A DNA stretch of 57,412 nt, filler included, from Sphacelaria rigidula (taxonomy: Eukaryota), in NCBI GenBank assembly GCA_964200075.2. It is 7 parts of 7 records of this genome, joined end to end, with 100 filler letters (N's around TTAATTAATTAA, not from the genome) between each part and the next. Parts side by side here need not be neighbours in the genome. Positions count along the whole stretch, not along the records: positions 41,083 to 49,197 come from CAXNAA020012245.1; positions 49,298 to 57,412 come from CAXNAA020012246.1; 5 more parts are not named here. One strand, given 5' to 3'. The notes beneath the pieces are model-generated. The model was not told the origin of the DNA and searched no databases. It saw only the letters and a program-made list of their open reading frames with translations. The first letter of the stretch is position 1. Each line of letters opens with the position of its first letter. This document shows, piece after piece, positions 49,131 to 57,412 of the stretch. The position numbers were made by a program, and so were the translations under genes.

Positions 49131-51826
49131 ATCCTACGATAGGGGAGGGGGGGTATTTGGTTGCACGAAAAAAGAGGCTCATAAGTGTGTCAGACATNNN
49201 NNNNNNNNNNNNNNNNNNNNNNNNNNNNNNNNNNNNNNNNNTTAATTAATTAANNNNNNNNNNNNNNNNNNNNNNNNNNNNNNNNNNNNNNNNNNNNCCC
49301 CCAAAAAAAAAGAAGAGAAGGTGCTTCTATTAGGAGTAGGAACGGTGCTCCGTCTCGAAAGGGGTGCGTGGTCAATGGTCAAACGACTAAGGCGAACAAC
49401 AAATGAGTACGCCTCTCCCCCCAAAATAAACGCCCCCCCCAAAATAAAGAAGAAAAAGAAAACAGCCCAAAACGCTCACGGAGAAAATGGCCACACAGCG
49501 CCTGAAGTTTCGTTTCAGACTACGTGAAGCGCCTCGTATAGGCAACATTGGCGAAAAGGAACCCAAGCGTGGGAATTCCCAGCTGCTCGTTGCGCTCGGC
49601 TTGTTTCATGTCGATTTACGTGTAGGTTTTGGATCCCCAAGCCAGCCACGATTTCGGGGGGAGCTATCGTAGAAAGTGTCGGGTGCGGTCCTCGTGGAAA
49701 ATAGCGGTGGATATATGAAAGAAGTTCTTACTTTTAGTTGGTCTTTGTCCACCATAAACCCACATCCCTTGAGTCACAGTCAATTTCGCCTGGAATAGAG
49801 TGCAACACGCAGGTGATCCGCCCTGGCGGCCGAAGGGTTGAAAATCGAAAAGTGCGTTTGTTGTACGCGCTGTCACTAAACACCAGAATCGACCATTTTG
49901 ACATCCGACCCGAGCAGCGATCGGTTGGCAACTCTCGTTGTCAGTAGTGAGTGTGTTTATCCCCCGACTGCGAGGCTTTCGGGATCATTCTTGCTGTGAA
50001 GCATTCGTGCATCAAGATCAAGCTACCTAAATCGGCATCGGTACACGTGATGGACTGACTTAGGGTCACCGCTACAGTCATCTACTAGCCAAAGAGCGAT
50101 TGCGATTTGTAATAAAGCAATGGCATTTTCTCAAGGCCGAGTATTGGAATGCCAATCGAAGCAGCTACTCTCCAGGCACGACCCGTATATACGTAGTCCT
50201 GACTTTCATCCTGAATGTACAGGGTCTTCCGGGCGGGACGTGTAGATACCTAATCCTGATTTTTATCCCGAATGAACAAGGTTTTCCGGGCGGGGTATTT
50301 TTTTGTGGTCCATGTACCCAGTCTTCCGGGCGGAACGTGTATAGATATCATCCTGAATTTTGTAAGAGTTTTGCTCAGTGCGGTCAGCTGATGGTTGAAA
50401 AGTAGGTGCGTTTGCAGCACAGTCGGCAGTATATTGTCGAAACCAAGCGTTGCGAAATTCGTTCGACGCAGCTGCCGGTGTTGCACGAGTGTCGTATCGC
50501 AGGTGAGTGATCTGAGTCCAAGTAGGCGTAATCCGTATCCCATATCGGAAACGAACATGGGTCGAGCCTATCGAGGCAGGCAGGTACGCACATTTCGTTT
50601 TTCGTCACCGAGATACGGGATTTTGCTGCTCGCTACCGATTGTCACTAGTTACCGCCAATATTTAATCGGCGAAGCCACGACGGCCGCGCCATGAAAACG
50701 ACTTGCATCCCTCCTGCCCCCACGATGAGATGATCGCACAAAAACACAGCTGCAGCCAAGGAAGCTCACCTCTACAGTATTCGTTGCGCATGAATATCGA
50801 CCCGATTCCCATGCTCTTGGTGAAGTCGGAACCCGCGTATGTGTCTTTTGCCACCATGTACCCGCAGGAACAATGTTTCGCCGTAGGTGTTTTCTTCTTC
50901 TTTACATGTAAGTAAATACCGAGATATTCGTTAAAAAAATGTAAACTCTTTCGCATTATTTGGAACCAACATTCTACGTCGTATTTTCTGGTCGCGATCG
51001 TGTCAGGATTACCTTTCTCGTATCACAGATTATTTTGCGTTTAAGACCACCGTAATTTTTTACGTATCTCTAGTGCCTTCCTCGCTGCCCTAACCATACA
51101 TATTTACCCTTCTCTTTTCAAGTGAGACCACGTTGCCAATCAACCGCAGGTCGAATATCTGGTGATCCCTTACCCCGCCGTGATTATCGCTTGGAGCTCG
51201 TTTGAAGCCTTGTGTTCTGACTCCCTGTCTCTGCATTGCTACCGTGCACGTGTGCACGCTTTGTCGAGACGACCGGAAGCACATCGCTGTCGATGTTGCA
51301 GTTCCCTGGCGCATTAGTCAAGCCTCGGCTGTAGACTGCAAGTCGAAGTAGGCGACGTTTTCATTGCTCTTCATTAGTTTATTTAGTTAAGAACAACACT
51401 CTGTACCGCTCATGAGCAACTCATGATCGCTAATGTTGAGACACCCATGAAGCAGTGTAACCCACGGTTGGCTCTGAAAGTGGCGGAGCCAGGAAGTGAA
51501 GCAACTCAACTCATTGTAGGCTGTCATCCATATGCAAGATAATGGGTACGCTTCGGGCCGAACAATCTGAGCAGGGTGCAGCTCAGCCTTCATGCAACTC
51601 CCTGAGCACATCACGGCGTTTCGCACTTGATGATTGATTGCGAGCCTGGTCCGTCGAAAACCCGGCGTGCTCCGTCCCGGCGTGCCGTCCCGGCTTTGTA
51701 GGGGTGCAAGGTCAATGGTCATATGGAAATGGCATGCAATATCATCAGTACCCCCCGCGCCTACCCCCGCCTACCCTCCGCCTACTCCTACACGCCCACA
51801 TCCCCTTCCCCGGAACTCGCGGTCAG

Positions 51827-51995
51827 GCAAGTGGGTTGTGGTAGGTTCACTGCTCGCCGGGGCGCTCCCGGTACTGACCGGACTTCTCGTGCATGACGCT
51901 CTGAGAGGGCCATTGCCTCCCGCAGAGGAGACGGCCGCGTTGACGTGGGGCAAGATTTGGGCTTTGGGGCTCGTGTGCGTCAAAGTCTGGGCAAG
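51827..51995 (+). CDS. MARCH6/DOA10/SUD1-type ERAD E3 ubiquitin ligase, exon
   Basis: KWVVVGSLLAGALPVLTGLL...WGKIWALGLVCVKVWAR resembles MARCH6 VLLAGVVPLLLGLL...WQDWALG; AG and GT flanks. Confidence 0.8.
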
Positions 51996-53138
51996 GTGCG
52001 GCGGCGTAACGGAGATGACCGCTTGCAAATACTGTTTCGCCCTCTTGACGGATACAAACATGAAGTGGTGACTACAACTGAGTGACTACATTTGTGACTA
52101 AACTTAGTACTGATACAGGGACCAGTAATGGCGACTGAGGATTCACGTGGTTGTTTATGTGGCGTAAGGCTACAAATGATCTGTTCTGTTTTTTCGGAGA
52201 TCTATTCATGCGCCGCAGTCTATCAATCAGTCAATTATGGTGTATTCACAGGGAATTTTTCATTCATGTACCGACTATGTTGGACTCGCTGTGTGCATTA
52301 CCAGCGTGGGGGCTGGAGAGGAATTCGTGCGAGTCAACGGTGTGGGCAAGGGTGAGCCGCCGAGCCGTTGGCACGATTATGCTGCTCGTTGTTTTCTGTG
52401 CTAGAACACACGATCTTTTGTTTTTTTTTCGGCACTTTGCAGCCAAAAATGTATTGTCGAGAAACTTGCTAGGGGGGTGGGAGGTACATTCGCAAAACGA
52501 AGAGATTTGTGCAGTCGATACTCGAAAAATCAATGAAAAACCTGGAAAAGAGTGGCGATAGAGTACTGATACTCAAATATGTTTTCTGATGTTTTGGCAA
52601 CGCTTGGTCTGGTGAAAGTCTGGTGCATGCCCCTGCTTGCCGTCTCACCTACAGCTAGGAGAGCAGGCAGCTCCCCTCGCAGATGTAGGAGCTCTGTTCA
52701 CTTCGTTGTCTGCGAAACATTTAGCAACCTTCTGTGCAAGAGCATGAATGTAAGGAAGCCAACTTACCATAATTCCGCGGTGGGCACAGTTGGGGCGCAG
52801 GTTAACGTCTTCCCGGTTAGAGGCTTGACACCGACTCAATGATTTTTGGCTGAGGACGTGGATGCCGGCAGGCACTGTTCGACAAAACCGTTACGGGAAC
52901 CGTTCTGGTGTACTAGCCTTCGAGAGCATGATGCCTTCCCAGCGTCCCATGCGTCACTAATGCGTTTCATCCCTGATATGCCTCCTGGGGTCACCCCTGA
53001 GGTACACACTTGTATCCATCTCTTCAGCCGGCATCGTGTTATCTTGCTGCATAACTCCCAGGCAAGGTCGTTCATCTGCCGGTTGGTCGGGCGGTCATCC
53101 CGAAATGTACCGAAATCCGATGTGTTTGTTGTGTGCAG

Positions 53139-53244
53139 GTGTGTTCTGGCTGGTGGACTGGCGGACGAACAGTGGAGAGCTCGCCTGCGCCGTGTGCGCA
53201 ACAACGGAATACGAGGGGTTGATTTCCGTTACACCCTGACCCAG
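53139..53244 (+). CDS. MARCH6/DOA10-like exon
   Basis: cag|CVLAGGLADEQWRARLRRVRNNGIRGVDFRYTLTQ|gtgaga (cf. W...E.V..NGIRNIDL); phase compatible with the previous exon. Confidence 0.85.
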
Positions 53245-53877
53245 GTGAGAAGCCACCTCTTTTCATCGTCGACGTACTAGCACCAGTGTTTTTGTCAGAC
53301 CCGCGATCGCAATAGAGAAGTTCGAATCCAAACACCGACGCTGCTGAAAGGGGTGCAGGGTGGCTGCAGGCACGACTCATCATGAGAAAGCAGGGTCCAT
53401 GTACGTCCAGCAAGTATTGTTTTCCGTTTTTGTTGCATTGTGCGGATGTAGATGCCGTCGATCAGCCCGCACCGTTCGATGTACGGCAGTAGCATGATAC
53501 ACCTGTGGTCGAATGCGCACCCACCCCGCGCACCCTTATTCGCTGTCACCCTGGTTTGCTCCGCAACGGTATGTTGCCGTCAGCCGCGCCATATGTCAAC
53601 GTGAGGAGGAGATGGTAAAGTGTTTTGCTGCAGAGCCCGACACCGAACCAGGGGGGGCACAGTAGGAGGGCGGTACGCTCTCCAAGGTGCATGGTGTGGG
53701 TTGTGAATGTGATATTTGTTCAGAGTGGTGAGAGGGGAACACATCTTGACCGGAGTGTTCTGTGAATGATGTGCCATGCACTCGCTGCTCATGGTGTCCG
53801 GGTCGGCGCCTGGAGCAACTCGTGGCCACCCCGTGAATCCTTCATTTGCCGACAGAAACTACCAAGGCTATGTTCTG

Positions 53878-54073
53878 TGGGGTATACGGGCTGAAATTCG
53901 GGTATTTTCAGAAGCAAAAAACAGGCATATCATTGGTTAAAACCCTTCCCGACCATGCCGAAAATGTTGGGAACAGGACTCGATACCCTTCCAAACCATA
54001 CCGGGATGTTGGCTACACGTTTTGGCATGGTTTAGTATGCCAACCAAACCCCTCCACTTCCGGGTATACCCCA
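53878..54073. mobile_element. Short MITE-like element with TGGGGTATAC termini
   Basis: TGGGGTATACGGG at the left end and CGGGTATACCCCA at the right. The same terminus occurs at ~35081 and ~38635. Confidence 0.5.
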
Positions 54074-54819
54074 TATCGTAGAACACAACCAAATTACCGC
54101 TTTGCGGGGGGGATGGGAGGTTTTAGGCGTGGATACGCGGCGTCACAGACTCGTCATGCGCTTGTATGTGCCTGGGAGCGCTGCCGAGAGCATTAAAATA
54201 CAATTTGCACCTTGCAGCGACGCTTGGCAACAAGTAGTTTCCCCTCGGCCGGACCCAACCCCCGGATCGGAAGGGGGCTTGTAGTGTGTAGAGATGTTTT
54301 TTTTCGCCGGGTGGCGGTGAGATTGTTTTTGACTTCTTTCCCCCGCATATCCCTTGCGTGCATTGGGCCCACAAATCAACGTCTCACCGTCTCCGAACAT
54401 GTATTTTGTTTGCGATTTTTATTCCAGCTGTGCTTGTTTGTGCCCCTACATTTTCGCGACGGTTTGTTGCTCCTCGCTTCGCTCAACTGTTTTTCATTTT
54501 TTTTTCATCGTGGCGATCGGGCTGGGATCCAGACTCAGTATCTTCTGGTCACTAACAAGAGCTATCCATTGGTTCGGCAAGATGAAGATGTTGTTGGGCC
54601 TTTGTTCAGCACTTGTAGCACTTCACTCCTTTTCAATAAGGCAGTACGAGTATACACATTATTTTCTGCATCTTAGCATTCTTCTCTGAGTTTCACGTAC
54701 CGTCTCGTCAACTTCTTATTCCCGTATTAACCAAAGTGATCGAAACGGTCTCATGTGTAAGTGATGATGCGGTTCCTGGTTTTCGGTTCTGTGAATTTCG
54801 TCGTTCCGTTAACGTGCAG

Positions 54820-54948
54820 GTGTGCTTCCCGCTTTTGGATCGCGTCGGACAGTACTACTTCTGGCCCTACCTGCTCAACCGATTCGTGATTCCACTGGTC
54901 GTCACCAATCAGCGGGACCTGAGGATAATCCAGAAAGCAACGCCGTGT
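54820..54948 (+). CDS. MARCH6/DOA10-like exon
   Basis: cag|VCFPLLDRVGQYYFWPYLLNRFVIPLVVTNQRDLRIIQKATPC|gtgagt (cf. P......L.VPYV....V.PL). Confidence 0.8.
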
Positions 54949-55810
54949 GTGAGTGTGGAATTTCGACGTGTCGACGGCACGTAACATTTTCCCTTCCCCG
55001 CGCACGAGCGCGACGGAAAAGCTCGAAAGAAACAAACAAACATGTGCATTGTATTTTTTTCAAGTGGATTGACTCGAGGGTTTTCCCAAGCTCCACACCA
55101 CCCAAAGCGCGTGGGTATATTCAGTATGCCGTCATTGACAAGGCCGCACGCAAGACCCTTGTGTGTGCATATCGTGGACACTGTTGTACCTCGAACTCGC
55201 CGGGGTAAAACGAAATGTATTGGAATTAAGTAGTCTATGCGCTGACGTTTTGAGGTGCTGAGTGTGAATAATATTGGTGGCCACGAGACTTGCCATTTTC
55301 CCCGTTCAATATTGGCCATGTCGTGTCGCGGCCATCATCTCTAGGTGTTGGCAAGTCCGTATCATTCGAAGATTGCCGCCGTGTGCATTTAAGCGCAATT
55401 CATTATTTGCAGGCTCACCAGGTTGCGCATGGCAATAACTCACAAGGAGGAATGACATGCTCGTGGGTGCCGTGGGGTATATTCTTTAGAGTATGTTTGC
55501 GCTTGGTGGCGTACAGCTGATGCCGTAGCAACGTACCGATGATTACTCTCACACTCTCAGGACTCACTCGAGAAGAGATTTTTACACAGGGGGTTTCCAC
55601 GCCCGAGCAAAGCGACGTGGGGTGTCAAACACTGGCGTTTTCTGGTTTGCTTCTCGTCGCCTGTGGATCGATTTGGTATCACCTCCACTGGCTGGGTTGT
55701 TGCGAAGTATAAGATTGCAGCGTGCTCTTGGCTGTTGGGATTCTTGCCACGGGAAACACCCAACCCGTGTCGTTACGCCCGTGCGGGTTCCGTGGCGAAC
55801 TATGCCGCAG

Positions 55811-55885
55811 GCGTTCCTGCTGACGGAGGCGGCGTATGCGGCGGGTGTGTTCGTGGTGAGCAAGATCAAAGCGCTGCATGATCGG
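55811..55885 (+). CDS. MARCH6/DOA10-like exon
   Basis: cag|AFLLTEAAYAAGVFVVSKIKALHDR|gtgaga. Confidence 0.8.
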
Positions 55886-56924
55886 GTGAGAGTGACGTCG
55901 GGGCTGCACGTGCTGGTTGGTGTGGCTGGAAGCTAACGCTAGTATGGGGCCTCGTGTTTTCACACCTCGCAAGCACTTTCCTTGTGGTTACGCTCGTCCT
56001 GTATTTCCCTTGTTTCGGCAGTGTTTGCCGTGCCCATTTGTTTCGTTGGCACAACGTATCTTTGTACATGTGCACGACTGATGTTCGTTCAGATACAGTA
56101 GTGGGCGGTCTAACTATTCAGCGGGGTGTTGGGGTTTTCCTCGCGTTCTGCTCTTCGATAGACCTCGAAATTGGTAGCGTCGGTAGATTTTGGTACAATG
56201 AACAGATGATCCTCAGAACACAGTGCCCAAGTCAGTGCTAGTTGGTGTTATCGGACGAAACGAGTAAATACCTCGTCCATCAGGAGGGTGGTATTGACCG
56301 TGAAACACAGTTTTTCGGCTCTAGTGCAATGAGAAGGCAGAGTTTCCAAAAAAATAAAACTGTACATTTTCTTAGAAGTATGATCGGGACAGGCTCGATC
56401 GACCGAAAATACCGAAGAGTAAGAATCTGGCTGAAACGTCGCAGGGCCCCCGATGACCGGTCAGCCCGTCACTCAATATTGAAAACATTTTTTTTTTTTC
56501 TCGGAATGTGAAGCGGATACAAATCTCTTCAGATCCTCGACGTGATAAGCGGTGGCAAGCGAAAAGAGGCCAAGAAAATCGCCAATCACGAAAAAAACAC
56601 AAAATGCCTCAAAATTAATAGTTAGACCGCCTACTACTGTAGTTGAACAGTGGCGTGCTGTATTCATGTGTTCACGACGGTCTCCTTTCGTTTCCGATTT
56701 ATGCACTTTGCTTTTGATCTGGTGGTATCCGTTAATATTGCTCACTGAGGGTTCATTTACGCACTCAACGGTACTGCACTGCTGCCTGAAACATGCGGAA
56801 GCCATTCGGCCATCATCGCGTTGCCAGATACGCGGAATATCCACCCCGTTCAAACTTATTCTGCGACGGCCTCCTCCCTCTTACATTTTCGCTTTCGCCG
56901 CGGTGTTCTGGTGTTGCTATGAAG

Positions 56925-56990
56925 ATACGTGACGACGAGTATCTAGAAGGACTCGAGCTCGAGAACATGCCTCCGGAGGGACGCAACTGA
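56925..56990 (+). CDS. MARCH6/DOA10-like terminal exon (conserved C-terminal element)
   Basis: ag|IRDDEYLEGLELENMPPEGRN*. The spliced LHDRIRDDEYLEGLELEN matches the family motif LH..IRDD.YL.G..L.N. Confidence 0.88.
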   Translation: MRDDEYLEGLELENMPPEGRN

Positions 56991-57379
56991 TGCGTTCACA
57001 GCGGACCAACGCGGGCGCTGTTCGACGTGGACTGTTTGGCACCTTGCGAGCCACTTGGAGTCCCTCCTGGATATCGTATTCGTTGGTGCTGTTGTCTAGT
57101 TGTGCTCAATCGACCTCGATCAATGGTCGCGCGAAGCGCGGAATTTGCGGCGAAGACCTAGGAAGTATCGAGGCGATTTTGAGGCACGCAGGGCGTGAAG
57201 TAGCTTGTATCCCATGGATTTTGTTTTGTTTTTGGGTATTGAGTGCATGTGCTTTATTGCGCAAGGCTTGTTCACCTGAAGCCATGCTGCAGAGACCGGC
57301 CAGTGAGTTTTTTATATAGATGTAGTACTGCCCCCCCCCCCCCCCGGCCCTCCCCCTTCCCCCCCCCCCGTTTTTTCCG

Positions 57380-57412
<33 letters not shown>

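Noticed and set aside
50419-50501. Upstream MARCH6-like exon (cag...cag|gtgagt)
   Set aside because: Good splice signals, but the most plausible frame is phase-incompatible with the exon at 51827; left uncalled.

Overview
Eukaryotic DNA, most likely a brown alga (Phaeophyceae), inferred from EsV-1-7 repeat genes, short exons with kb-long introns and a stramenopile GapC3-like GAPDH. The window is not one locus. It is seven contigs of 8117, 8117, 8116, 8116, 8116, 8115 and 8115 bp joined by 100-bp N-TTAATTAATTAA-N linkers, which looks like a length-sorted concatenation, so adjacency across gaps means nothing. Host genes: a YggC/YFH7-like P-loop kinase, two intronless EsV-1-7 Cys/His-repeat genes (38-aa units), four exons of a GAPDH (probably the TPI-GAPDH fusion), five 3' exons of a MARCH6/DOA10-type E3 ligase, and a few orphan exons. 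Mobile DNA: a decayed APE-type LINE, a chromodomain Ty3/Gypsy pol, a tyrosine-recombinase relic, a probable RLE-LINE relic, several SINE-like families and MITEs. The best candidate for an undescribed system is the pair of EsV-1-7 proteins. They have a TALE/ZF-like layout: a conserved C-x4-C-x16-C-x2-H scaffold, variation confined to a few positions, and a shared basic-cluster plus psi-K-x-E tail. This suggests a modular, possibly programmable recognition protein (inference only).
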